Source: Myxococcota bacterium (GTDB lineage: Bacteria > Myxococcota_A > UBA796 > UBA2385). Taken from it: a stretch of 64,000 bases of DNA. This document shows, piece after piece, positions 9,408 to 19,481 of the stretch. Every line of letters starts with the position of its first letter. Within the stretch, counting starts at the first letter, position 1. The notes beneath the pieces are model-generated. The model made no database searches. It saw only the letters and a program-made list of their open reading frames with translations, and had not been told where the DNA came from. The translations under genes were made by a program, and so were the position numbers. The stretch covers positions 96,001 to 160,000 of the forward strand of contig JBIJDH010000004.1 of assembly GCA_044344255.1 (NCBI GenBank), given 5' to 3'.

Positions 9408-10382
9408 GTGACATCGGCACGGCAAGAGCCCGCGAAGATCCAGCCGACCACCCATGTGGCCGGGAGCGGCGTGCCCATCCCCGTCCTGTCGGTGGTGGCC
9501 AAGGTGGCGGGCCCCGCGGTGGTGGTGAGCGCGAACCTGCACGGTGACGAGTGCACCGGCATCGGCGTCGTCCACGCCCTGGCGCGCCTCCTGCCCACGC
9601 GGCTTCTCCGCGGCTCGGTCTACCTCTACCCGAGCCTCAACCCGCAGGGCCTGATCGAGGGCACCCGGCGCCTCCCCGATGATGCCACGGATCCGAACCG
9701 GGCCTTCCCCGGCAACGCCCGCGGCACGCCCGCCGAGCGTCACGCGGCGCGGGTGTGGGCCGACGTCATCAGCCGGCGCCCCGAGCTCGTGTTGGACCTG
9801 CACACCGACACGGGCGGCGCGATCCCCTACGCGATCCTCGATCGCGTGGTGCGCGGCCCGCCCGGTCTCACCGAGGCCTGCCTTCGGTTTGCGGAGGCCT
9901 CCGGGCTCACGGTCCTGCGTGAGTATCCGAAGGACCGCTACCTGCGCTTTGATCTGGATCGCAGCCTCCCGGGCGCCCTGGTCAACGGTCCAGGGGTCCC
10001 CGCGGTCACCCTCGAGGTAGGCCCGCGGAGGCGAATTGACCGCGGCGCCGTTGAGGACGCCCTCCAGGCCGTGCTCGGCGTCCTCACCGCGCTCGGCCTC
10101 TGCGTCGCGCCGGCCCCCCAGCACGCGACCTTTCAGGGGGGAGGGCCCTGGAGACGGGAGAGCGGCCCCCGGACCACCCGGACCGGCTTGCTGGTCCCGC
10201 TCGTGGTCGGCGGGGAGCGCTTCGAGGCGGGCACGCTGCTCGCCGAGGTGAGGGCCCTCGATGGAGAGGTGCGGGAGCGCCTCGTGGCGCGCTCGCCGGG
10301 CTTCGTGATCGCGCTGCCGGAGGTGGCCCATGTCGCGATCGGCACCTCCTGCGCCACCGTCGCCATCCCCGACGAGGGCTGA
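9408..10382 (+). CDS. Succinylglutamate desuccinylase/aspartoacylase family (M14) protein
   Basis: 324 aa. ANLHGDECTG (HxxE), DPNRAFPG, LDLHT, TLEVG, and a C-terminal biotinyl-lipoyl-like segment. Confidence 0.88.
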   Translation: MTSARQEPAKIQPTTHVAGSGVPIPVLSVVAKVAGPAVVVSANLHGDECTGIGVVHALARLLPTRLLRGSVYLYPSLNPQGLIEGTRRLPDDATDPNRAFPGNARGTPAERHAARVWADVISRRPELVLDLHTDTGGAIPYAILDRVVRGPPGLTEACLRFAEASGLTVLREYPKDRYLRFDLDRSLPGALVNGPGVPAVTLEVGPRRRIDRGAVEDALQAVLGVLTALGLCVAPAPQHATFQGGGPWRRESGPRTTRTGLLVPLVVGGERFEAGTLLAEVRALDGEVRERLVARSPGFVIALPEVAHVAIGTSCATVAIPDEG

Positions 10383-10403
10383 GCGCCCGCCGGAGCCTCC
10401 GGT

Positions 10404-12215
10404 TCACCGCGGCGGCAGGCGCATCCGCGGCGGCTTGGCTGCGCTCGCAGGCTCCGGGGGCTCGATCTCAGGGAGCTGTACGGGGCCTCCAATGGGGTGG
10501 AGGGCCCAGGCGGCCCCCCGCGCCTCCTCCCGATCGGCCGGGCCGAGGACGGACTCGAGGAGGGCCCTGAAGGCGGCGGTCCAGGGGCCCTCGCGGCCGG
10601 GTCGGAACAGGGAGGGGTCCACCACCACCCAGCGAAAGCCGACGTCGAGCAAGGCCTGCAGGTCCGCGGGCTCGACCCGACCCGATGGGCGCCCCCCCTG
10701 GCTGAGGGTGGCGAGGGCGGAGAGCAGCCCGTTCCCGGCGATGAAAGCGTCGTAGCCGGCGGGGCGGTGGCTGGCGATGTGGTCGCCCAGGCCGCCCGAG
10801 ATCGGCCGGCCGTGCAGCACCTGGAGGTAGAGCGCGTGTCGCCCGTCGGCTGAGGTGCCGGTCACCGGGGTGGTGATCAAGGCGCCTTCGAGGCCCGCGT
10901 AGAGGGCGGGCCGGTGCTCCCGAGGCCGCGTGGCGGGCAGCGGGCTGTAGGGGTTGCGGAGGCCGACCTCGGCGAAGAGCAGCACCAGCAGCGGCAGGGC
11001 GACCCAGCGTCCAGGGCGACCGAGGCGCGCGGCCAGCCCCTCGACCCCGGCCGCTGAGAGCACGGCGAGGGCCGCGAGCACGAGCGGCATCGCGCGGGTG
11101 GGCCACCACAGCCGGTCGAAGAGGGGCAGGTGGTCGAAGAGCAGGCGGTAGGGGAGGGGAGGGCCCATCAGGTCGCCCCGCCCGTCGCGGAGGTAGGGGC
11201 CGAGCAGCAGCCCCCAGCCGATGAGGCCGACCAGCAGCCAGCGCTTGAGCGGCGACGGGCCGCGGCAACGGATGAGCAGACCGACCACGAGGGCGCTGAG
11301 GGCCGTGAGCGGGAGGCGGAGGTCGGAGGGATCGCCGTCCCCGCGCCAGAAGGGCCAGAGCGGCCAGCTCGACTGGTCGATCACCATGTTGAGCGAGAAG
11401 AGCCCACGGCCGGCCGTCCCGTGGTCCATCCAGGCCTCGGGCGGCCGATCGACCCCCGGGAGGGCGCTCCAGCCGAGGCTCAGCGAGAGCACGAAGGGTC
11501 CGCAGCAGGCGGCGGTGACCAGGGCTGCCTCGGCCAGCGGGGCCCAACGGGCGCGCGTGCGGGGCGCCGACAGCCAGGCCGGCAGCGCGCCGAAGAGGAG
11601 GAAGAGGCCGGAGAACCAGTAGGTTAGGGCGGTGGCGGCGACCAGCAGACCGGCCAGCGGCCCGGCGCCGCGCCCGCCATCGCGCCGCGAGAGGGCGTCG
11701 AGGGCGCCGAGCCCGAGGAAGAAGGGGGCGAGCATCGCCTGGGAGAGGCGGCCGTTCGTGACCTCCATCAACAGCCAGGCGCTCGTCTCGACCGCGAGGC
11801 CGCCCACGAGGGCCGCGCTCCAGCTCACCTGGGCGGCCCTTCGCGCGAGGGCGGCGGCCGCTGCGCCCGTGCTGCCGAGGATCAACACCGCGGCGAGGTT
11901 GTAACCCCGCACCGGACCGAGGAGGTGGATGAGGGGCCAGAAGAGGAAGGCGTCCAGGAGGTTGTACCAGCACAGCGGCGACTGGCCGACGGGCAGGTAG
12001 TTCGCTGCGGCGGTCGCGGGGTCCTGCCCCGTGAGCAGGGCCTCACCCACCCACCACCAGGCCCAGAGGGTGCCCGCCCAGTCGGGCTGCTCACCGCCGC
12101 CGATGAGGGTCTCTCCGTCGCCGATCCAGGCTGGGAAGGTGAGGGCGAAGGCGACGAAGAGCGCAGTGAGGCAGACCATGGCGGGGCCGAGCAGCCTGCC
12201 GCGCGCCCCGCTCAC
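10404..12215 (-). CDS. Polytopic membrane protein, possibly GT-C/YfhO-like glycosyltransferase
   Basis: 603 aa with many hydrophobic helices. D..GTLWAWWW loop, GYNL, LPYRLLFDHLPLFDRLWWPTR, QVLHGRPISGG. 4-bp overlap with the priA stop. Confidence 0.6.
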   Translation of the reverse strand: MSGARGRLLGPAMVCLTALFVAFALTFPAWIGDGETLIGGGEQPDWAGTLWAWWWVGEALLTGQDPATAAANYLPVGQSPLCWYNLLDAFLFWPLIHLLGPVRGYNLAAVLILGSTGAAAAALARRAAQVSWSAALVGGLAVETSAWLLMEVTNGRLSQAMLAPFFLGLGALDALSRRDGGRGAGPLAGLLVAATALTYWFSGLFLLFGALPAWLSAPRTRARWAPLAEAALVTAACCGPFVLSLSLGWSALPGVDRPPEAWMDHGTAGRGLFSLNMVIDQSSWPLWPFWRGDGDPSDLRLPLTALSALVVGLLIRCRGPSPLKRWLLVGLIGWGLLLGPYLRDGRGDLMGPPLPYRLLFDHLPLFDRLWWPTRAMPLVLAALAVLSAAGVEGLAARLGRPGRWVALPLLVLLFAEVGLRNPYSPLPATRPREHRPALYAGLEGALITTPVTGTSADGRHALYLQVLHGRPISGGLGDHIASHRPAGYDAFIAGNGLLSALATLSQGGRPSGRVEPADLQALLDVGFRWVVVDPSLFRPGREGPWTAAFRALLESVLGPADREEARGAAWALHPIGGPVQLPEIEPPEPASAAKPPRMRLPPR

Positions 12216-14653
12216 AGCAGGTTCCTGGGGTCTACGTCCACGATCAAGCGGCTGCCGGCGCGGACCCCCCGATCGAGCATGGGGCGGATCTCATGCAACC
12301 AACGCCGGAAACGAGCCGGATCTCGCCCGCGCAGCACGATCTGGAAGCGCCAGCGGCCGACGAGGCGGGGCAGCGGCGCCGCCACGGGGCCGAGCACAGA
12401 GAGGTCGCGGCCCTGGGAGGCCGCCGAGCGACGCAGCGCCTGGCCGAGCTCGGTGGCCCGGGCCTGGGTCTGTTCACGGTCCACCCCCTCGAAGCGCAGC
12501 AGCACGAGCCGCGCGAAGGGCGGGTAGCCGAGCACCCGCCGGATGCGCGCCTCCTCCGTGTAGAAGGCGGCCGTCTCGTCGGGGGCCTCGGGGTCGTGAT
12601 CTCCGGCGAGGCGCTGGAACACGAAATGATCGGGGTGGCGGGTCTGCACGAGCACCCGCCCCGGCACGTCGCCGCGGCCGGCCCGCCCGGCGAGCTGGGT
12701 GACGAGGGCATAGGTGCGCTCCGCGCTCCGGAAGTCGGGCAACATGAGCAGGTGGTCGACGCCGACGACGGCGGCCACGTGTACGTCGGGGAAGTCGTGC
12801 CCCTTGGCGACGAGCTGGGTCCCGACGAGCAGGCGTGCCTCCCCGCGGCGGAAGGTCTCGAGGATGGCGTGGTGGGAGCCGCGGGCCCCGGTGGTGTCGG
12901 CGTCCATGCGCACCACCCCGACGTCGGGGAAGGCAGCGCGCAGGGCCTCCTCGATCCGCTCCGTGCCATGGCCGAGCAGCGAGAGGGCGCCGCCGCAGGT
13001 GCCGCAGGCATCGGGGAGGGGGAGGAAGAAGCCACAGTAGTGGCAGGTCAGGCGTCGCTTCTCCCGGTGGGAGACGAGGCTCGTGCCACAGGAGGGGCAG
13101 GTGTAATGCCCGCCGCAGGCCGCACACTCGAGCACCGGGGCGTAGCCGCGGCGGTTGTAGAGGACGATGGCCTTCCCCCCGGCCTGCAGGGCCTCCGTGA
13201 TCGAGTCCAGCAGGCGGGGGGCGAAGGGCTCGTCGGGCGGTCGGCCGCGCAGGTCGACGAGCTCAATGCGGGGCACCGGGCGAGGGGTGGCCCGCTCGGG
13301 GAGGGAGAGGCTGTGGTAACGACCGTCGCGGGCGTTCTGCCAGCTCTCGAGGCTCGGCGTGGCGCTGCCGAGCACCGCCGGGCAGCCCGCCTGATGGGCG
13401 CGGAGCACGGCGAGGTCTCGCGCGTGGTACCGCACCCCGTCGTCTTGTTTGTAGGAGTCGTCGTGCTCTTCGTCGACGATGATCAGGCCGAGGGCGTGGA
13501 AGGGGGCGAAGAGGCCGGAGCGGGCGCCGACCGCCACCGCCGCCTCTCCCGCCCGGATTCGGCGCCACTCCCGGAGGCGCTCGTTGACGCCGAGGCCGGA
13601 GTGCAGCACCGCGACGCGGTCACCGAAGCGGGCGCGGAAGCGGCCGCAGAGCTGCGGCGTGAGCGCGATCTCCGGCACCAGCACGAGCACCTGGCGGCCC
13701 CGCTCGAGCACCGCGGCGGCGGCCTGGAGGTAGACCTCGGTCTTGCCCGAGCCCGTCACACCATGAAGGAGGAAGCTCCCCTTCTCCGCGGCGAGTATGG
13801 CCCGGAGCGCCGTCGCCTGGGCGGCGTTGGGCGGCGGGGCCTCCTTCGCCCCCTGCGCTTCGCCCTCGACCACCGGATCCCGTGCCTCCCGCTCCCCCTT
13901 GATGACGAGGCCGCGGCCGACGAGGCGCGTCACGGCCTCGCGGGCCCCCTCTCCCTCCTGCTCGATGAGCGTGTGCAGGTCCAGCTCTCCGCCGGCCTCG
14001 CCGAGGCGAGCCAGGACGCCGCGCATCCGGGCGCCGGGGATCTCGGGGATCCCGTCGACCGGCCCCGTGAGGCGCACGGTGGTCACCATCTGGCGGGGGC
14101 CGCTCACCTCCTCCTCGACGGCGATGATCAGCCCGTGGCGCAGGTTGTGATCGAGGGCGCGATCGACCTCGGCCAGCTCGAGCTCGGCGGAGAGCGCGCG
14201 GGCGAGGCCCTGCCGGCTGCGCCCCGGATGCGCCACCACCTCGCGGAGGAGCGTGGTGCGCGGCCCCTCCTCGAGGCCAGCGTCGGCCAGCCACTCCATC
14301 GCCGCCGGGGCGGCCCGGTAGACACGCCGTGACTTCGCCCGGTAGGCGGCGGGCAAGGCGGTCGCGATGACCTCCCCCAGCCCGGCGAGGTAATAGTCCG
14401 CCGCCCAGCGGAGGAAATGGAGCTGCTCCCCGTTCAGCACCGGCTCGGCGTCGAGCAGGCGCAGCACGGGCTTGGTGGTCGGCACGTCGCTCTCGGCCGC
14501 GAGCTCCACCACCGTCCCCGCCATCTGGCGGCTCCCGAAGGGGACGAGCACGCTGTGGCCCACCTGGAGCTCCATCCCGGCGGGGACGGAGTAGGTGAAG
14601 AGCCCATCGACCGGGAGGGGCACCGCCACCCGGGCGAAGGCCGGCGGGCTCAC
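12212..14653 (-). CDS. priA: Primosomal protein N' (replication restart helicase)
   Basis: 813 aa. GVTGSGKTEVY, LVPEIALTPQ, VGARSGLFAP, DEEHDDSYKQ, four CxxC motifs, GTQLVAKGHDFP, QLAGRAGR, DVDP terminus. Confidence 0.97.
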   Translation of the reverse strand: MSPPAFARVAVPLPVDGLFTYSVPAGMELQVGHSVLVPFGSRQMAGTVVELAAESDVPTTKPVLRLLDAEPVLNGEQLHFLRWAADYYLAGLGEVIATALPAAYRAKSRRVYRAAPAAMEWLADAGLEEGPRTTLLREVVAHPGRSRQGLARALSAELELAEVDRALDHNLRHGLIIAVEEEVSGPRQMVTTVRLTGPVDGIPEIPGARMRGVLARLGEAGGELDLHTLIEQEGEGAREAVTRLVGRGLVIKGEREARDPVVEGEAQGAKEAPPPNAAQATALRAILAAEKGSFLLHGVTGSGKTEVYLQAAAAVLERGRQVLVLVPEIALTPQLCGRFRARFGDRVAVLHSGLGVNERLREWRRIRAGEAAVAVGARSGLFAPFHALGLIIVDEEHDDSYKQDDGVRYHARDLAVLRAHQAGCPAVLGSATPSLESWQNARDGRYHSLSLPERATPRPVPRIELVDLRGRPPDEPFAPRLLDSITEALQAGGKAIVLYNRRGYAPVLECAACGGHYTCPSCGTSLVSHREKRRLTCHYCGFFLPLPDACGTCGGALSLLGHGTERIEEALRAAFPDVGVVRMDADTTGARGSHHAILETFRRGEARLLVGTQLVAKGHDFPDVHVAAVVGVDHLLMLPDFRSAERTYALVTQLAGRAGRGDVPGRVLVQTRHPDHFVFQRLAGDHDPEAPDETAAFYTEEARIRRVLGYPPFARLVLLRFEGVDREQTQARATELGQALRRSAASQGRDLSVLGPVAAPLPRLVGRWRFQIVLRGRDPARFRRWLHEIRPMLDRGVRAGSRLIVDVDPRNLL

Positions 14654-15513
14654 GACCGCTGGAGCTCCGCCAGGATCTCGTCGAGGCCGGCCCGGAGCTC
14701 GGGGCGCTTGCGGGCGTAGTGGAGCGAGGCGCGCAGGAGGCCGAGCACGTTGCCGGTGTCGTGGCGGAGGCCCTCGAGCACCTGCCCGTGCACCTTCCCG
14801 CGGGCGCAGAGCACGGCGATGGCGTCGGTGAGCTGCACCTCGCCGCCCTTGCCCCGCGGCGTGTGGGCCAGGATCTCGAAGATCTCTCCCGGCAGAACAT
14901 ACCGGCCGACGATGGCCTGGTTGCTGGGGGCAGTCTCGGGGGAGGGCTTCTCGACCATCGCCGCGACCTGCATCCGCCCGGGCTGCACCCAGGGGCCCGC
15001 GCAGATGCCGTAGCGGTTCGTGTGCTCCCGCGGCACCTCGAAGAGGCCGACCACCGCACCGCCCACCTCGGCGTGGGCCTGGAGGAGCTGGCCGATGGCG
15101 GGGGTCCGGGAGTCCATGATGTCGTCGCCGAGCAGCACGGCGAAGTCCTGCTCGCCGACGGCGGGGAGGGCGGTGAGCACCGCGTGACCGAGGCCCAAGG
15201 CCTCCTGCTGCCGCACGGCGACCACCTCTGCCATCCGCGTGATGCGGCGGAGCTCCGCCAGGACGTCCGCCTTGCCGGTGTCGAGGAGGTGCTGCTCGAG
15301 GGTCGGCGAGCGGTCGAAGTAGTCGACCAGGGCGTCCTTGCCGCGAGCGGTCACGAAGACGATGCGGCTGAGGCCGGCCTCCACCGCCTCCGCCACGACG
15401 TACTCGATGCAGGGGCGGTCGACGATCGGCAGCATCTCCTTCGGCACCGCCTTGGTGACGGGGAGGAAGCGTGTGCCGAGGCCGGCGACGGGGATGACCG
15501 CGACCTGGATCAT
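14650..15513 (-). CDS. galU: UTP--glucose-1-phosphate uridylyltransferase
   Basis: 287 aa. AVIPVAGLGTRFLPVTKAVPKEMLPIVDRP, QQEALGLGHA, VEKP, GEVQLTDAI. Confidence 0.95.
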   Translation of the reverse strand: MIQVAVIPVAGLGTRFLPVTKAVPKEMLPIVDRPCIEYVVAEAVEAGLSRIVFVTARGKDALVDYFDRSPTLEQHLLDTGKADVLAELRRITRMAEVVAVRQQEALGLGHAVLTALPAVGEQDFAVLLGDDIMDSRTPAIGQLLQAHAEVGGAVVGLFEVPREHTNRYGICAGPWVQPGRMQVAAMVEKPSPETAPSNQAIVGRYVLPGEIFEILAHTPRGKGGEVQLTDAIAVLCARGKVHGQVLEGLRHDTGNVLGLLRASLHYARKRPELRAGLDEILAELQRS

Positions 15514-15520
15514 GTGCGGC

Positions 15521-15889
15521 TCAGAAGCTGCGGCTGCGACGTTCGAGCTGCTCGGCTTCCGTCTTGCAGTCGATACAGTGGGTGGCGACCGGGCGAGCGA
15601 GGAGGCGCTTCTCGGAGATCTCTTGGCCGCAGATGCTGCATAGGCCGTACTCACCGTCCTCGATGCGCTGCAGTCCCTCCTTGATCTTGCGGATCAGGAC
15701 CCGCTCCCGGTCTCGGATTCGGAGCTGGAAGTCGCGGTTGGACTCCATGCTCGCGATGTCGAGGGCGTCGGCGAGGGCCTCCTTCTCGGTGTCCGTGAGG
15801 TCGCCCAGCGTGGCGCCCGCTTCGCTCAGCAGCGCGGAGAGGTGCTGGTTGAGCAGCTTGCGGAAGGCTTCGAGCTTTTCGGGTTCCAT
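15521..15889 (-). CDS. dksA: RNA polymerase-binding protein DksA
   Basis: 122 aa. Coiled-coil tip DALDIA (DxxDxA), RDRERVLIRKI, C4 zinc finger YGLCSIC...RLLARPVATHCIDCK. Confidence 0.93.
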   Translation of the reverse strand: MEPEKLEAFRKLLNQHLSALLSEAGATLGDLTDTEKEALADALDIASMESNRDFQLRIRDRERVLIRKIKEGLQRIEDGEYGLCSICGQEISEKRLLARPVATHCIDCKTEAEQLERRSRSF

Positions 15890-15981
15890 CAAGACTCCGG
15901 TGGAGGAGCGCCGCGCTCGCGCCCCGTCGTTCGGGAAGACCGAGCCATCGGCCGAGGGGTTGCCCCCCGTTAAAGCGCGCC

Positions 15982-16010
15982 ATACTAAGGCCGCGCAGAG
16001 GTCCTGGCAA
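15982..16010 (-). promoter_or_regulatory. Sigma70-type promoter of the dksA operon with GC-rich discriminator
   Basis: Minus strand TTGCCA-N17-TAGTAT followed by GGCGCGC. Confidence 0.7.
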
Positions 16011-16080
16011 GGCTGCGGAGCACGACCGAGCGCTCTGCTCCCCTTGGGTGGGGGCGGCTTGTCGCGCAGTGGGGAGCGGT

Positions 16081-16998
16081 ATGAAGCGCAGCGGGAAGGT
16101 GGTGAGGCGAGGCGTCTCGGTCGGAGCGGCCGCCCTGTTCGGTGGGGTGCAGCTCTGGGGGGCGCCGGCCGCGGCCGCGGACCCTACCTTCGCCGCCGAG
16201 CTCGGCGCCGCCGGCACCGGCCGGGCGAGCCCCACCTCCCTCTCGGCGATCGCGACGGCGCCGAGCATGTTGGCGATGCGCACCCGCTACGACCTCGGCG
16301 TGGGCGGCTCGCTCGGCCCCGACAAGCTCCGCAGGCTCACCGCTGCCGCGGTCGATTCGACGAGCGGCCCCGTCGCCTTGGGCGTCATCTTCGCCCGCGA
16401 CTGGAGCACCCCCGGCGCGCTGGTCTCGGAGTACCCCGGCTGGCGCCGCCCCTCGGATGATCTTGACAACGACCTCATCGACACCGGCCTCCACCTCGGC
16501 CTCGGCACCGCCTTGCTCAACGGCCACCTTGGGGTGGGGCTCGGTGGCAGCTACCGGATCCGAAAGACCTCCTTCACCGGCCGCTCCGACAACGTGAACG
16601 TGACGGCCTCGTTGTCGGGCAACATCGCCGATCAGGTCTACCTCTCGGTCACGGGCGAGAACCTCGTGCCGCAGGACTTCGTGAGCGCGCCGCTGCGCAT
16701 CGGCACTGGCCTCCGCTGGCAAGCGATCGAGGCAGTCGGCATCGAGGCTGACGGGGAGGCTGACCTCTCCGGCGCCTCGCCCGCCTACACCGTCGGTTTT
16801 GGTGTCGAGGGCGTGGCCGGCGGTAAGGTGCCGGTCCGGGCCGGCTATCGGAACGACGGCCTACGGGAACAGCAGCAGGTGACCGGCGGGATCGGCGTCG
16901 GAAATGGAGAGTACTTCCTCGAGTACGGCCTCCAGGTCGCCCTGGAGGAGGACGTGCAGCTCTGGCACGCGCTCACCGTACGGGTCACCTTCTCCTGA
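16081..16998 (+). CDS. Hypothetical outer-membrane beta-barrel protein
   Basis: 305 aa with signal peptide, alternating amphipathic strands (PLRIGTGLRW, VPVRAGYR, GGIGVG) and C-terminal LTVRVTFS. Confidence 0.65.
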   Translation: MKRSGKVVRRGVSVGAAALFGGVQLWGAPAAAADPTFAAELGAAGTGRASPTSLSAIATAPSMLAMRTRYDLGVGGSLGPDKLRRLTAAAVDSTSGPVALGVIFARDWSTPGALVSEYPGWRRPSDDLDNDLIDTGLHLGLGTALLNGHLGVGLGGSYRIRKTSFTGRSDNVNVTASLSGNIADQVYLSVTGENLVPQDFVSAPLRIGTGLRWQAIEAVGIEADGEADLSGASPAYTVGFGVEGVAGGKVPVRAGYRNDGLREQQQVTGGIGVGNGEYFLEYGLQVALEEDVQLWHALTVRVTFS

Positions 16999-17066
16999 TT
17001 TATCAGGTTCTCCTTAGGTCTCGGGGCGGTGGGGTCATCGAGCTGGCCCGTCTCCTGGCCTTCGTC

Positions 17067-17813
17067 GTGGGACTGGGCGCCGGGGCCGGCTGCACGAGGC
17101 CCCCGAGCGACGCCGAGCGGTACCTCGCGGGCCTGTCGCGGCCGACCGACCCGACCGCCTGCCTCGGCATCTCGGAGCCCCGGCTCTATGGAGAGTGCGT
17201 GACGATGGCCCTCGTCGCCGGACTTCCGGTCGATCGGCCCGCCGCCGATCCCGCGGCGACGGTGGCCCGATGTGAGGCCATCCCCGAGGGCCCCTGGCGA
17301 GACGAGTGCGCCTTCCTCCTGGCGGATGAGCTCGGCCTCCGCGGCGACGCGGCGGTGGCGGCCTGCGAGGCGGCGGGGCGGCTGCGCGCGCAGTGCCTCG
17401 GTCACGCCATCCAGCGCGAGGTCACCGCGGCCTTACGCGACCTGCCCGTCGGTGGGGAGCGAGAGGCCCTCAGTCGTGTCGAGGACATCACCTCGAGCTA
17501 CCTCGGCCGCGGCCCCGACGCCCGCTCCCGCGCCCGCCAGCTCCTCGAGCAGGCCGTGAGCCAGCGCGCCCCGGGGGCCCCCTTCTCGAGCGCCCTCTGC
17601 GGGGCCCTTGAGCCCACCTCATGCTTGGCTGCCTTCCGCCAGCGCACCACGGTGGCCGCGCTCGCGCAGCGACCCCGGGACCCAGAGCCCTGGCGCATCG
17701 CCTGCGCCCGGACCGTGAGCGTGGAGCGCGCCACCTCCCTCGGACTCCCCGGCTGGACCGCCGACTTTGCGCCGCAAGCGGCGGAGGTCTGGGCCAGCCT
17801 CTGTCACCGATAG
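17067..17813 (+). CDS. Hypothetical Cys-containing (lipo)protein
   Basis: Coding-like GC3 bias and repeated C...(W/Y)xDEC-type motifs. Start codon uncertain. Confidence 0.55.
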   Translation: MGLGAGAGCTRPPSDAERYLAGLSRPTDPTACLGISEPRLYGECVTMALVAGLPVDRPAADPAATVARCEAIPEGPWRDECAFLLADELGLRGDAAVAACEAAGRLRAQCLGHAIQREVTAALRDLPVGGEREALSRVEDITSSYLGRGPDARSRARQLLEQAVSQRAPGAPFSSALCGALEPTSCLAAFRQRTTVAALAQRPRDPEPWRIACARTVSVERATSLGLPGWTADFAPQAAEVWASLCHR

Positions 17814-17850
17814 CCCGCCCGAGGCGGCGCTTGTGGCCTGGGCCGGCGGC

Positions 17851-19278
17851 TCAGCGGGCGGCGCCCGCGCTCTCGGCGACCTCACCCCGCCCCGAGTCCC
17901 GCAGCAGCCGCTTGCTGAGCTGCATCGCGTTCTCGATCGAGTGGTCCATGTTGTTGTACCAGAACAGTCCCGTGCGTCCGGCGAGGCGGAGGTTGCTGAA
18001 CTGCCCGAGCGCGGTGCGGGCGCGGTCGAGCTCGCCCACGTAGCTCTTCTCGTAGATCGGGTAGCTCTCGGGGAGCCGCTCCACCCGAACGTCGAGCACG
18101 TTCTTACGATCACGGACGAGGCCGACCTTCATCAGATCGTCGATCACCCAGTCGGTCAGCCGCTCCCCGTGCTTCCAGCGCTCGTCACCCTGCATCGCGG
18201 TGACCTCGCAGCAGTAGCCGGTGGTCCCCGCGGGGGCGCAGTCGTGCGAGAAGAAGCGCGGGATGCTCACCCGGTTGATCAGCAGGTCGCGCGCGCCGTA
18301 GTAGCACCACTGGTAGTCGCGGGGGGCGTCCTCCTTGACCATCACGTTGTAGAGCAGCAGCCCGAGGTACTTCAGGTTGGGGACCGGCAGCGCGAGCTGC
18401 TCTGCGGCGAGCGTGATCGGGGCGGTCCACACCACCACCGAGGGCGTGAAGGACTCCTTCCCGGCCCAGACCTTGGTGACCCGACCGTTCGAGCCCTCCA
18501 TCACGGCGCCCTGACCGGTGATGATGCGCCCGCCCGCCTTCTCGATCAGCCCGCCGAGCTGGTCCCAGGCCTGGTAGAGGCCGCCGTGGGGGTAGAGGAA
18601 GTGCTGGGACTTCTTGTTGAACTGCAGCAGCGTCGACTTGAGGAGCTGCGACAGGTTCTGCATCTGCGCCTTGTCGTCGATGATGGCGCGGTTGATGCCC
18701 ACCTTGGCCCAGTCGGAGTGCGTCTCCCGGGGGTGGATCCCGAGGAACTTCATCGAGTAGCCCTCGAAGAAGTTCTGGTACAGCGTGGGGCCGTACTGGC
18801 GCAGGATGTAGTTCTCGAAGTTGTCCCCCTCGTAGGTTCGGTATCCGTTCACCGTGAGGTCAACGAAGGCCTTGGCGGCGAGGCCCGGAGGGAGCTGGAC
18901 GAGGTTCTGCGGCTTGATCGGCCAGTCGTAATACTTGCCCTCGAAGTAGACCTCGCTCTTGCGGGCGTAGAAGGTGCCGCCTCGCTCGAGGATGCGCTCC
19001 AGATAGGCCTTGATGTTCGGGTTGCCGGTGTCGAAGCGGTGGGGGCCGCAGTCGAAGACGAAGCCGTCGTCGTAGACGAAGGACCGGGCGAGGCCGCCGA
19101 TGGTATCGAGCTTCTCGACGACCACCACCTCGACACCCGCCTCGGCCAACAGGTGGGCGGTGACGAGGCCGGCGACACCCGCCCCGACCACCACCACGGG
19201 CCCGCTGAAGACGGACGGCTCGTCCCGCCCATTGGAGGACATCGCGCTGTTCATCTGGGCGTCGATCAGGCTGCTCAC
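17851..19278 (-). CDS. FAD-dependent oxidoreductase (protoporphyrinogen oxidase/UDP-galactopyranose mutase-like)
   Basis: VVVGAGVAGL, GGLARS, FDCGPHRF, YPIY, GRTGLFWYNNMDHS. GTG start after GAGGG chosen; ATG alternatives at 19254 and 19242. Confidence 0.85.
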   Translation of the reverse strand: MSSLIDAQMNSAMSSNGRDEPSVFSGPVVVVGAGVAGLVTAHLLAEAGVEVVVVEKLDTIGGLARSFVYDDGFVFDCGPHRFDTGNPNIKAYLERILERGGTFYARKSEVYFEGKYYDWPIKPQNLVQLPPGLAAKAFVDLTVNGYRTYEGDNFENYILRQYGPTLYQNFFEGYSMKFLGIHPRETHSDWAKVGINRAIIDDKAQMQNLSQLLKSTLLQFNKKSQHFLYPHGGLYQAWDQLGGLIEKAGGRIITGQGAVMEGSNGRVTKVWAGKESFTPSVVVWTAPITLAAEQLALPVPNLKYLGLLLYNVMVKEDAPRDYQWCYYGARDLLINRVSIPRFFSHDCAPAGTTGYCCEVTAMQGDERWKHGERLTDWVIDDLMKVGLVRDRKNVLDVRVERLPESYPIYEKSYVGELDRARTALGQFSNLRLAGRTGLFWYNNMDHSIENAMQLSKRLLRDSGRGEVAESAGAAR

Positions 19279-19481
19279 GGGACCCTCGGTGCAGAGAGGA
19301 CCTAGCTCCGGGGGCCGGCCCGCATCCAGGGGCGGATGGGGTGGCCAGGAGATCGGGCGGTTCGCGGGGCGCGCCGGGGCGCCCTCTTGCCCCTTACCAT
19401 CCCCTGCGCAGATGGTCACCGGCGGAGTGGGTTCCACGCGCTCGTCAGAGTTAGTCGGGCCCCTCGGAGGAACGACCCGCC

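Noticed and set aside
7944..10331. Long N-terminal extensions of ORF-track calls (pncB-like, deiminase 38887, nadR 48417, LOG 22321, 43975-46713, 44227-46686)
   Set aside because: The extensions overlap real genes on the other strand or frame; starts were reset to motif- and RBS-supported codons.
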